From an uncultured Anaerolineaceae bacterium (GTDB lineage: Bacteria > Chloroflexota > Anaerolineae > Anaerolineales > Anaerolineaceae): a stretch of DNA of 64,000 bases. This document shows positions 36,888 to 45,858 of this stretch, piece after piece. Both the position numbers and the translations under genes were made by a program. Positions within the stretch are counted from its first letter, which is position 1, and every line of letters begins with the position of its first letter. A model generated the notes under the pieces. The model saw nothing but the letters and a program-made list of their open reading frames with translations, was not told the DNA's origin and made no database searches. Location: positions 4,220 through 68,219 of the forward strand of contig CAYSZB010000003.1 of the NCBI GenBank assembly GCA_964435475.1, in the 5' to 3' direction.

Positions 36888-38537
36888 CTATTTGAAGAGA
36901 ATTGGTATAAAGGTTTGCAGGATCAGTTCGTCTGCTCCCAAGTCGTAGGGAGTGGCACTCACACCGAAGGGGCGGGCTTGCATGTCAATGTCCTCTGAAG
37001 GGACACCCAACCCGGAGGATGCCTTATCTGTTGCTGCTGAAGGGTAGGCAAGGTGAAAGTCACCCGTGGTGATATCCGCCAGGTTGGGATCGGCATAAAC
37101 GGGCATGGACCCGGTGTCACCATTGGCGAAGTTGTCCCAATACAGGTTTCTTACGACGGAAGTCGCGGCTCCACCGAATAAAGCTATGTTACTGATATGG
37201 GCGAATATATTGTTGTAAGCCTCGACCAGGACCATATCATCGCTGGAAAACCCGATATCCAGGGCTGCAAAAGTGTTATTGAAGATCCAGGCAGAGGTGT
37301 TGTCAGTTGGACCACCACTGGTGATCAGGCGAATGCCTGTCTGACCACCTCCACGATCCTGAAAGTCCCTGATTGGGATATTATGGCCAAAGAAGTTGTT
37401 GCGGATCATGACCCAATAGATACCTTCATAGTTCAGAAGGTAAAAAACATCATTATCCCAGAACTTGTTGCGTTCGAATACATCATCCGGGGTAGCGAAG
37501 TCATTCCATACCTCAACGGCTGAATAGCCGTAATTCCCAGTAAAAGTATTGGTCAGGAGCTTCAGCCCACCACTGTTATTGACATAGATGGCACTGCCAT
37601 GCAATGGCTGGGGCGTCGTTGGATTGTTGCTGTCTTCGAACTGGTTATAAGCGACAGCAGCCGTTGGGGTGTTGAGGATGAAAAGCCCACATCCCTTATC
37701 AGTTGTGGTGGTACCTGATTGTCCGCAATCATTTTCCAAAAAATGGTTGCCTTTGATCTCGATTTTGCCAACCCCGCCAGGGTTTCCGGCCAGGGCGATG
37801 GCACCACCATAGCCCCTACCAGCGACATATGCCTGGTTGGAATTGAACTCGTTGTTCCTGATGTGAATGTCGCTTACATCCTGCAGGTAAATTGCACCGC
37901 CGTACCCAACGCCAGGTGCGCCGGCAAGAGGTTGCTGAGCACCAGAGTTATCATAAAAGAAGCAATTTTCGATGGTCAAAGATGCCAACTGGTTGGCATA
38001 AATGCCACCACCGCAGCCCACAGTTACACCAGTACCATCGCTGTAACACGGTAAATCATTGATGATCCCATCACCAATGCCCCGTACTATGTGCAGATTT
38101 CTTAGGGTCACAGAAGGGCGAAATGCCTTGCTGCCCTGGATGGTTATAACACGGGTAAAAGGCCAGACCGGATCATGGTGAGGGTCGCCATCAAAGATGG
38201 AACTGGTATACTGGTAACCCAATTCACACGTTGAATAATCTTCGTTGCAGCCCCCGATGATGGTCAGGCTTTTATCAATGTAAAGTACCTCATCATCGGT
38301 GCTGTCATGAACAACATAAGGTCCATATCTTAGGTAGATGGTATCGCCATTGCCTGCCAGGTCAACGGCATCCCAGAGAGAGCATTCGTTGCCAATGGTA
38401 CAGTTATCTGCTCCAACCGGTCCAGCAGCAGCATACCAGGTGTCCGGGACAGCTTTTACTGGCAGGGGTTGAGAAGCAAGAATTATCAGGATAAGAAAGG
38501 CTGCGATATTGAATAAGTAGCGTGATGACTTGATCAT
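36888..38537 (-). CDS. secreted beta-helix-like protein, array paralog 4
   Basis: 549 aa with a signal peptide. Landmarks are NECSLWDAV, GCGGGIYA, NKFWDN, NNFFGH, GDFHL and DLGADEL. It ends in TFIPILFK. Confidence 0.8.
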   Translation of the reverse strand: MIKSSRYLFNIAAFLILIILASQPLPVKAVPDTWYAAAGPVGADNCTIGNECSLWDAVDLAGNGDTIYLRYGPYVVHDSTDDEVLYIDKSLTIIGGCNEDYSTCELGYQYTSSIFDGDPHHDPVWPFTRVITIQGSKAFRPSVTLRNLHIVRGIGDGIINDLPCYSDGTGVTVGCGGGIYANQLASLTIENCFFYDNSGAQQPLAGAPGVGYGGAIYLQDVSDIHIRNNEFNSNQAYVAGRGYGGAIALAGNPGGVGKIEIKGNHFLENDCGQSGTTTTDKGCGLFILNTPTAAVAYNQFEDSNNPTTPQPLHGSAIYVNNSGGLKLLTNTFTGNYGYSAVEVWNDFATPDDVFERNKFWDNDVFYLLNYEGIYWVMIRNNFFGHNIPIRDFQDRGGGQTGIRLITSGGPTDNTSAWIFNNTFAALDIGFSSDDMVLVEAYNNIFAHISNIALFGGAATSVVRNLYWDNFANGDTGSMPVYADPNLADITTGDFHLAYPSAATDKASSGLGVPSEDIDMQARPFGVSATPYDLGADELILQTFIPILFK

Positions 38538-38577
38538 TTATCCTCCAGAAACAAGTAGACTGAATCTCGTTAAGTAA

Positions 38578-40149
38578 TCATTTAAACAGGATCGGCAGGT
38601 AGGTTTGTTTTATGAACTCGTCTGCACCCAGGTCATAAGGAGTAGCACCGACTCCAAAAGGACGTGCCTGGTTATCAATATCATTGATCTCAGCAAATGA
38701 AAGTGTGTAAGTTCCCTGATTAATAGCTGCTGAATTGATTGCTATATGAAAATCGCCGTTCATTGGATCTGCCAGGAGTGGGTCTCCCCAAGCGGGATCG
38801 GTTCCTCCCATACTATCACCTGGGAAGGCATTATGAAACAGATTACGGATGATCTGTCCACTTGATACTCCGGTTATTGCACTTCCGTATATTTCTGCAA
38901 AAATATTGTTCTGGATCGTGCCACCAGCTAAGGTATCGGTGATGACCCCGTAGTCCAATATCGCAAATGTATTAAAATATATCGCTGCTGAACCTGACCC
39001 ATTATCATTTTCGTACATGTAAATCCCCGTTTGCCCACCACTGCGGGTCTTGTCCCGGGTGGGGCTAGTTGGTTTTTGCCCGATCCAATTGTTCATGATG
39101 CGGGCACCAAAGTAACCGGTGTATTCGATGACATTTAATACCTGGTTGTCCAGAAATTTATTTCGCAACACTCTATCCAATGGGGTTGGGTCGTATGAAT
39201 CAACCATTAAGACGGATTTGCCGTTTTCGTTGGAAAATGTATTTTCAATAATGTCAGTGCCTGAGGTATAGCCCACAAAGATCGATCCGCCTTCGTAGTT
39301 ATAGGCTGGTCCCAGATTATTATTATTACTGAATAAATTCCCAACAATATCGAAATAATGACTACCTATGTATATCGCACAACCCTGACTGCCAGGTCCG
39401 TTTAGAGGGCTGCAGTTATTTGAGTCAAACAGGTTGTTGCTGATAACAAGATCGTAACTTGGTGAGGAGGAGCCGGTGAATATTGCACCACCATACCCTA
39501 TCCCATCATTAACTGCTGTGTTATCAAGAAACTGATTGTCACTGATATTAATGTGGTTTCCTCCAAAAACAGCCATGGCTCCTCCATGGCCTTCATATAT
39601 TGCGCCAACGCCAACCTTCCTGGCAGCAAAATTCTGGTAAAACTTACATTCCGTGACATCCAGGGACTCGAATAATGTTGCATTTAGTCCACCCCCAACC
39701 CCTTTCAACGTAGCTATTTCAGTAGCATTGCCATGTGCTATGTCAAAAAACCTTAACGAAACCGAGATATTATTACCAGCTGCTCCCGTGATGGTAATAA
39801 CGCGCCGTTCCAGCTCACCATCCAATATGGATGAGGGGTTCTTAGCAGAGCAGGTCGCAGTCAGTCCTGAAAATGAGCAGCGTCCCACCAGGCTGAGATC
39901 CTTATTGATTAATAATACCTGAGCAGCCTTTGACGTGTAGGTTCCGGACTCAACATAAACCGTATCTCCTGACCCGGCAATATCCACAGCATGCTGCAAG
40001 GTACAGGGAGAAATAAGCGGGCAAGTTGGGTTGGTTGCCGAGCCGGTAGGAGAAGCATAATGATCGGTAAACGCTGAGACTGGTCGAACGGTATTTGAAA
40101 TAGCCAGAATCATCATTCCCAAGGTCGCGATAATGATCAACTTTTTCAT
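38578..40149 (-). CDS. secreted beta-helix-like protein, array paralog 5
   Basis: 523 aa with a signal peptide. Landmarks are SPCTLQHAV, GVGGGLNA, GDFHI..NSAAIN and DLGADEF. It ends in TYLPILFK. Confidence 0.8.
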   Translation of the reverse strand: MKKLIIIATLGMMILAISNTVRPVSAFTDHYASPTGSATNPTCPLISPCTLQHAVDIAGSGDTVYVESGTYTSKAAQVLLINKDLSLVGRCSFSGLTATCSAKNPSSILDGELERRVITITGAAGNNISVSLRFFDIAHGNATEIATLKGVGGGLNATLFESLDVTECKFYQNFAARKVGVGAIYEGHGGAMAVFGGNHINISDNQFLDNTAVNDGIGYGGAIFTGSSSPSYDLVISNNLFDSNNCSPLNGPGSQGCAIYIGSHYFDIVGNLFSNNNNLGPAYNYEGGSIFVGYTSGTDIIENTFSNENGKSVLMVDSYDPTPLDRVLRNKFLDNQVLNVIEYTGYFGARIMNNWIGQKPTSPTRDKTRSGGQTGIYMYENDNGSGSAAIYFNTFAILDYGVITDTLAGGTIQNNIFAEIYGSAITGVSSGQIIRNLFHNAFPGDSMGGTDPAWGDPLLADPMNGDFHIAINSAAINQGTYTLSFAEINDIDNQARPFGVGATPYDLGADEFIKQTYLPILFK

Positions 40150-40280
40150 GAGATTCTCCTTTGGTAGAAGAAAACAAAATTGTTGAATATAGATTACAAA
40201 TGGTTGATGAAAGAACTCCCCTTATCCTTTGAACGGTGAAAAATCACAGAACATAATTGGGTAAAGGTATTGATACATTT

Positions 40281-40309
40281 ATATTAGCACTTAACATTTG
40301 GGATTTCAA
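40281..40309 (-). promoter_or_regulatory. candidate sigma70-type promoter for paralogs 5-4-3
   Basis: The minus strand reads gCTATTGAAATCC-N-TAATAT, that is TTGAAA-N17-TAATAT. The 12-mer ggatttcaatag (40301-40312) is repeated at 42243-42254. Confidence 0.4.
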
Positions 40310-40482
40310 TAGCCAATATGTGAATTTCGGATTGATAAGTTTGTCTAATCAATATTATTATTTGAAGGTGAAGAGCTCATTTTTAGGAAGGGATAACCCT
40401 CATAATACAAAAATACTGGTTGTACAGGGATTCACAAGACACATTTCAAAATTTGTGACTGACTGATGGTTTATTAATGAAG

Positions 40483-42084
40483 TTATCTAAACACAACTGG
40501 CATAAAAGTCTGCAACATGAACTCATCAGCCCCGACATCATAATTGTCCGGTTCGACGCCGACGGGGCGTATCTGTCCATCAATGTCGACCCCGCCCTGC
40601 CATGAGAAGACCTTATCAATGGCAGCTGAACCTGGCTGGATGTGATAATCACCTGAATCTGGATCGGCCAAGAGTGGATCGCCGGTAAAAAATTCCGTAC
40701 CAAATGTTCCATAAGGGGAATTATCATGAAATAGATTCTTTGTTATGGTAAAAGTTGTGGTTGGTGGAAAAATCAGATAAATAGCTGCTTCATCAAGAAT
40801 TTGAGTAAATATATTTCTTTCAATATTGATGTCCGAGTTTTCATCTACCGCTACCCCAACGCTCAATTTTACAAAGGTGTTATAACCGACATACACATCC
40901 GGATTACCGTTAGTAGTATCGCCTAAAGTGTAGATACCTATGAAGTAGCCATGCCACTCAGCAGGATTGTTTGTCCCAACAAAGTTATTCATGAACATTA
41001 CTTCCGCATCACCCAAAACTTCGAGATTAATGTATGTGTCTTCGCGGACGATCTTGTTCATTTGCATGCCTACTATCGTGTTGCCGTCGCCGATACCTTC
41101 GATAAGAATAGATGACAGACCATAATTGCTATGGAACTCGTTATTTTGTATGTAAGCATATTTGGTGTGTTTAAAATAAATAGAACTGCCATAAACATTA
41201 CGTCGAAGGATATTCTCCTGCCAAAGGAAGTCATTATTTACCACCAATATATCTTCAGAATCAACTGCCAGGATTGCTGCCCCCATGGCATCCAACTTTT
41301 CTTTATTACCGGTCAGCTCATTGCCATAAAACAGGTTATCTTCGATCAGAACACCATCGATCGCGCCTGAATCTTCAATGTAGATCCCACCACCATAGCC
41401 CTTGCCCTGCCTGGCTGCCTGGTTAAATTGGAAGGTGTTATTTTTTACAACGAGATGTCCAACCTGCTCCGAATAGAGTCCGCCTCCCAGGGATACAGCA
41501 GTTGTGGTGTCACTGCGGCCGGCGAAATTTGCCCAGATGAAATTATTTCGCAATTCCAGGTGGTCGACTCCCTCAGCAAAGATGCCACCTCCACAACCCA
41601 GGACAGGTGCGCCAAAGGCGGTGGAACAGGACCCTGGACCGACCCCTTCAGCGTTGCCCTGCAAAATGGTGAAGCCTTCGATGGTGACTGTCATGCCGTC
41701 GCCGGGAAGTCCCTGGATGGCGATGCCACGCATGGTGTTCTCGGCGCGGATGTTGGAGGTATAAGTCTCCGGGTGGCAGGTGACCGGCCCTGTAACTGCC
41801 CACTCACAGGAGCCTATGATATGCAAGCTTTTGTAAATGTACATAACATAGCTGTCAGACGAAAAGGGGGCATAATAATTCCCGGATTTTGCCAGGATAG
41901 TATCCCCACTGGACGATTTCATCTGAACTGCGTTGTCAATCTTGCATGGGTTTGCCTGGGAACAATCGCCACCACTTCCGGCCGGAGAGACATACCAGGT
42001 ATTGACTGCCCTTGGGGCTTCGAGGGGAGCAAAAGATAGCTGGCTCAACAGGAGAACCAGGATCAACACAAACGATTTTTTCAT
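40483..42084 (-). CDS. secreted beta-helix-like protein, array paralog 6
   Basis: 533 aa with a signal peptide. Landmarks are NPCKIDNAV, GCGGGIFA, GDYHI..GSAAID and DVGADEF. It ends in TFMPVVFR. Confidence 0.8.
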   Translation of the reverse strand: MKKSFVLILVLLLSQLSFAPLEAPRAVNTWYVSPAGSGGDCSQANPCKIDNAVQMKSSSGDTILAKSGNYYAPFSSDSYVMYIYKSLHIIGSCEWAVTGPVTCHPETYTSNIRAENTMRGIAIQGLPGDGMTVTIEGFTILQGNAEGVGPGSCSTAFGAPVLGCGGGIFAEGVDHLELRNNFIWANFAGRSDTTTAVSLGGGLYSEQVGHLVVKNNTFQFNQAARQGKGYGGGIYIEDSGAIDGVLIEDNLFYGNELTGNKEKLDAMGAAILAVDSEDILVVNNDFLWQENILRRNVYGSSIYFKHTKYAYIQNNEFHSNYGLSSILIEGIGDGNTIVGMQMNKIVREDTYINLEVLGDAEVMFMNNFVGTNNPAEWHGYFIGIYTLGDTTNGNPDVYVGYNTFVKLSVGVAVDENSDINIERNIFTQILDEAAIYLIFPPTTTFTITKNLFHDNSPYGTFGTEFFTGDPLLADPDSGDYHIQPGSAAIDKVFSWQGGVDIDGQIRPVGVEPDNYDVGADEFMLQTFMPVVFR

Positions 42085-42221
42085 CTTACCTCCTGTTTGC
42101 GTAGAGAATGCAGCAACAGCCTGGACGGTATAATTAACCAGACCATGTCATTTCCCTTGTTCTTCGAGTGCGATGGTTTAGGTTATGATGGAACGAAGGA
42201 AGTAATGTGGTGTTCTAGATA

Positions 42222-42251
42222 ATAATAACATTAATTGATGGTGGATTTCAA
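42222..42251 (-). promoter_or_regulatory. candidate sigma70-type promoter for paralog 6
   Basis: The minus strand reads aCTATTGAAATCC, that is TTGAAA-N18-TATTAT. It sits about 135-160 nt upstream of the ATG at 42084. Confidence 0.4.
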
Positions 42252-42269
42252 TAGTTAAAGGAAGAATAA

Positions 42270-43277
42270 ATGAGCAAACCTGATTTGACCTTCTTTTGTG
42301 AATTGGAAGCAGCGCCCCTGGAGAAATTCTTCCAGGATCGCTTCATCATGGATGACCTGAAGGCCTTAAATGCCCGCTTGAGCCTGGGCATCCTGGACCT
42401 TTCGGATGAGCGTGCCCAGGTGGTTAAAAAGCTTAACAAGCTGGGAGTGAAGGTGATCGCCTGGCTTTTGCTGCCGAAAAACGAAGGTTACTGGTTCAAC
42501 CTGGATAACCATCCACAGGCTGTGGCGCGCTATGAGGCTTTTAAAGCCTGGAGCGCGGCAAACGAGTTGAAGTGGGATGGCATCGGTCTGGACATTGAAC
42601 CGGACATCAACACCTTCCAGGAGACACGTCACAAGAAGCTCGCCATGCTGCCGGAACTCTTCAAACGGCTTTTGGATGGCAGGCGGGTCAGGCAGGCACA
42701 GGAGGCTTACCGCAAGCTGGTTGAGCAGATGCACGCTGATGGTTTCTATGTAGAGTCATACCACCTGCCATTGATCATCGATGAACGCAAAGCGCACTCT
42801 ACGGTCATACAGCGCCTGGCGGGGTTGGTCGACCTGGAGGTGGATCATGAAGTGCTGATGCTCTATTCGAGCTTCATGCGTCCGCATGGTCAGGAGATCC
42901 TCTGGCAGTACGCCAAAGAGGCGGACTCGGTAGGAATTGGTAACACGGGCGGTGGGGTTGACCTTGAGGGTGTGATCGACGTGCCCCCGCTGAGCTGGGA
43001 GGAGTTTTCGAAGGACCTGAGGCTGGCGCATGCCAGCGGCAAGCCAGTGCACATCTTCTGCCTGGAGGGGTGCGTGGCACAGGGCTTTCTGGAAAAGTTG
43101 TCTACTTTTAACTGGGATGAAAAGGAGGTGGCACCCGGCAGCCTGCTGGTCAGAACGGGGCGGGGGATCCTGCAGACGGTGTTGTGGAACATGCAGAGGC
43201 CCTGGGTGTTGCCGGTGACACTCCTGGGGGTGATCGGTGGCATCCTGGTCATTAGAGACAGGAAGAAACGACAATAA
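42270..43277 (+). CDS. hypothetical protein with C-terminal TM anchor (possible divergent TIM-barrel glycosidase-like fold)
   Basis: 335 aa with AAGGAAG SD. DGIGLDIEPD resembles the DGxDxDxE-type strand of GH18-like barrels. The C-terminus is WVLPVTLLGVIGGILVIRDRKKRQ. Confidence 0.5.
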   Translation: MSKPDLTFFCELEAAPLEKFFQDRFIMDDLKALNARLSLGILDLSDERAQVVKKLNKLGVKVIAWLLLPKNEGYWFNLDNHPQAVARYEAFKAWSAANELKWDGIGLDIEPDINTFQETRHKKLAMLPELFKRLLDGRRVRQAQEAYRKLVEQMHADGFYVESYHLPLIIDERKAHSTVIQRLAGLVDLEVDHEVLMLYSSFMRPHGQEILWQYAKEADSVGIGNTGGGVDLEGVIDVPPLSWEEFSKDLRLAHASGKPVHIFCLEGCVAQGFLEKLSTFNWDEKEVAPGSLLVRTGRGILQTVLWNMQRPWVLPVTLLGVIGGILVIRDRKKRQ

Positions 43278-43279
43278 AT

Positions 43280-43310
43280 AAAACCGCACTGGGTGACCAG
43301 TGCGGTTTTT
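43280..43310. terminator. bidirectional rho-independent terminator
   Basis: A stem pairs accgcactgg with ccagtgcggt (10 bp, extendable by A/T pairs) around a GTGA loop. T-runs lie on both strands between the convergent genes. Confidence 0.7.
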
Positions 43311-43324
43311 GTTGCGCATAGTGA

Positions 43325-44752
43325 TTATTGCTGCAGCTGCTGGAGTTTTTCAGCTTTATCTGCATGCATCTCAAGCACTTTTTGTTGAACCTGCTTGAGA
43401 TAACTGCCTTTGAGGGGGTAGAAGATGAGTAAAAAGGCACCCAACAGGCAGGCTACACCAGGTACTATCCCGATGAAGGTCTTAATGCCAAAAATGGCAG
43501 TTTCAGGTTGGTTGATAAAGGTTTGGCCCTGGTTGGAAGCACGGGTGACAAAATTGGTTGCTTCCAGGATGGCAGGAACGATCCACAAAGCCACCGATTG
43601 GGCGGGTTTGGTGAGCAGGGCATTGACACCAAAGAAGGCACCTTCGCGGCGTACACCTGTGCGCACTTCGTCTTCGTCAGACACCTGGGCAAAGAGGACA
43701 TTGGTGAGGGTCTGTGGCCCGGAAAGGCCAAAACCAGCCATCACCAGGCAGATCGGGATGAGACTCTTGGGAACGAAGGCGACAGCAATCAGGCCGATGC
43801 CGGCGATCACCAGGAGGAGCTGCTGGGCACCCACGACACCCAGTTTCCTGCGGATCAGGGATGTGATCGGGATGCCGATGATCAGGGGGACAAAGACGAA
43901 AACCAGCAGGAGGATGACAGGCATCTGCATGACATAATCAGCGAGGTAGAACATGGAGCCGAGGATCAACGAACTCATCAGGATGGACATGAAGTTGGCA
44001 GCGACAAGGACCAGGAAGGATTTACTGCTGAAGGTGTAGCCAATGGCCTTCCAGAGACCGAGCGGTTTATCAACCTGGGTGAATTCCTTGCGTTCCTTGA
44101 CCTTGAAAGTGGTAGCCATGATCAGGAGCATACCGACGACAGCCACGACGATCATGGCGATGCGCAAAGGCCATAAGCTGGTATCCGTGCCGGCTTTGGG
44201 ACGCACCATATCGGGGATCAGGAAACCAAGCAGCGTGCCTAACATGGCGAAAAGGGAACTGGATATCTGCAACCCGTTGCGCTCGCTGTCGGACTCGCTG
44301 ACCTCGGGTAAAAGGGCGGAATAGACCAGGCCGATGATGGTGTAAGCCGTGTCGTAGAGCAACATGGAGCCCAACATCCAGCCAAAAAGCACCAGCTGGC
44401 GTTGGTCACCGATCAAAGCGGTTTTATCCGGGGCAAACCAGACCAGGACGAAGGTCAAGGCCAGGAAGGGGGCAGTGTAACGCATGTAGGGAATGCGCCG
44501 GCCGAGCTTTGAGCGGGTGCTGTCGGTGATATAGCCAAAAATTGGGTCGTTCAGGGCATTCCAGATCGCATAAACGATGGCGGCAATGCCGATCCATTTC
44601 GCTGTGACACCGAGGTAGTCCTGGTAGAAGCTGGTGAGCAGCCCGCCGTAGATGCCTGAAATAAGCGATGTGCCCAGGGAGGCAATGCCCCAAACAATCT
44701 TGAAGCCCAGGGTGAGCTTTTTGGGTTTTGCTGTGTCCGTACTTGCAGTCAT
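43325..44752 (-). CDS. MFS transporter, glycoside-pentoside-hexuronide (GPH) symporter family
   Basis: 475 aa with about 12 TM segments. The N-terminal region KLTLGFKIVWGIASLGTSLISGIYGGLLTSFYQDYLGV and the motif DSTRSKLGRRIPYM are typical of MelB-like GPH transporters. Confidence 0.8.
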   Translation of the reverse strand: MTASTDTAKPKKLTLGFKIVWGIASLGTSLISGIYGGLLTSFYQDYLGVTAKWIGIAAIVYAIWNALNDPIFGYITDSTRSKLGRRIPYMRYTAPFLALTFVLVWFAPDKTALIGDQRQLVLFGWMLGSMLLYDTAYTIIGLVYSALLPEVSESDSERNGLQISSSLFAMLGTLLGFLIPDMVRPKAGTDTSLWPLRIAMIVVAVVGMLLIMATTFKVKERKEFTQVDKPLGLWKAIGYTFSSKSFLVLVAANFMSILMSSLILGSMFYLADYVMQMPVILLLVFVFVPLIIGIPITSLIRRKLGVVGAQQLLLVIAGIGLIAVAFVPKSLIPICLVMAGFGLSGPQTLTNVLFAQVSDEDEVRTGVRREGAFFGVNALLTKPAQSVALWIVPAILEATNFVTRASNQGQTFINQPETAIFGIKTFIGIVPGVACLLGAFLLIFYPLKGSYLKQVQQKVLEMHADKAEKLQQLQQ

Positions 44753-44780
44753 ATGAGTTCTCCTTTTTGATCAAAAATAA

Positions 44781-45683
44781 CTACATGGATATTGGACTGA
44801 TAAGGTCTTTAAGTGAGCGGTAGCCGATCACTTGGAACCCTTGTTGCTTGATATATGAACGGGTTTCTTCACTCATGAAGGTCTGGTAATCCGCGACGCG
44901 GGTCGCCCAGGTAATGGTGATGGCACGCAGTTCCGGGGTGTCTTTGGAGGGATGGATGATGAAATGGGTGATGCCCGGTTTGATGGTGGACAGGATCTTT
45001 TTTAGATGACCAAATCGATCCAGGGGATCCCTGGATGACAGACCTGAAAGTCCATCCAGGAGTGGGACACCCATTTCTTCCAGGTTCAAAATTATCTGGG
45101 CAGCCATGGCAGCTGTGGCGGGGTCGATCCCACCATAGGCGATCCATTCCTGCTCACTCAGTCGCGGCAACATCAGGGGCAGACCATACTGGATGGCCAA
45201 CTGGATGTAGATCTGCAGGTACTTGGGATGGGCGACAGAGCCCATGTGCGTGTCGATGTGGGTAGGATTGACGCCTTCGCTGATGGCACGGCTGATCTGG
45301 GTGCTCAGTTCAAGCTCAACCGCTTCCGGGTCGCCTGTTTCCTGGACGTCCTCTGAGCGACGGGGGAAGAAACCCTGTGAGTCAAGCAGCCCGGTGGCGA
45401 GGTTGCGCGTGGAAAGCGGCCCCCAACGGTAGGTGTCCCACTCGCTGGTGAGAGTGAGGTGGACGCCCAGGTCAGCTGCGGGATGCAGACGGGCAAAGCG
45501 GGCAGCTTCCAGGGCCCAGGGGCAGGGCATCATGATGGCACCGGATGAGATCAACCCGAAATCGACCAGGTCAGAGAAGGCATCAACGCTGGCCTGGCAC
45601 ATGCCGATATCATCGGTGTGGATGATCAGGATGCGATCATCATTGGCAAAACCAAGTTTTTTGAGGACGGGATTAGGTTGCAT
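44781..45683 (-). CDS. ChbG/YdjC-like carbohydrate deacetylase family protein
   Basis: 300 aa. LIIHTDDIGMCQASVDA...HLTLTSEW...HIDTHMG matches the YdjC metal-site pattern as I remember it. Confidence 0.6.
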   Translation of the reverse strand: MQPNPVLKKLGFANDDRILIIHTDDIGMCQASVDAFSDLVDFGLISSGAIMMPCPWALEAARFARLHPAADLGVHLTLTSEWDTYRWGPLSTRNLATGLLDSQGFFPRRSEDVQETGDPEAVELELSTQISRAISEGVNPTHIDTHMGSVAHPKYLQIYIQLAIQYGLPLMLPRLSEQEWIAYGGIDPATAAMAAQIILNLEEMGVPLLDGLSGLSSRDPLDRFGHLKKILSTIKPGITHFIIHPSKDTPELRAITITWATRVADYQTFMSEETRSYIKQQGFQVIGYRSLKDLISPISM

Positions 45684-45858
45684 TCAGGCTCCCTTCAGAT
45701 AAATTTCCATAATTTTAGCAGACATTTGAGTTGGCGGCGGAAGAATCTGCAGGAAACCGGCAATTGGTGATATGATTTCCCAGTTGCCTGGGGCATGGGT
45801 CATGATTTTACCTATCCTGTGGTGACTTGACTGCCAGAAAAGAGACAATAACATTTTT

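Noticed and set aside
41428-42039. 203-aa ORF antisense to array paralog 6
   Set aside because: It has no SD or motif. The sense-strand protein shares all landmarks with its five paralogs.
42756-44176. Long ORFs 42756-43319 (187 aa), 42890-43252 (120 aa) and 43508-44176 (222 aa)
   Set aside because: They are antisense to well-supported genes in a GC-rich block. Their composition is R/P/H/G-rich and typical of non-coding frames, and they lack SDs.
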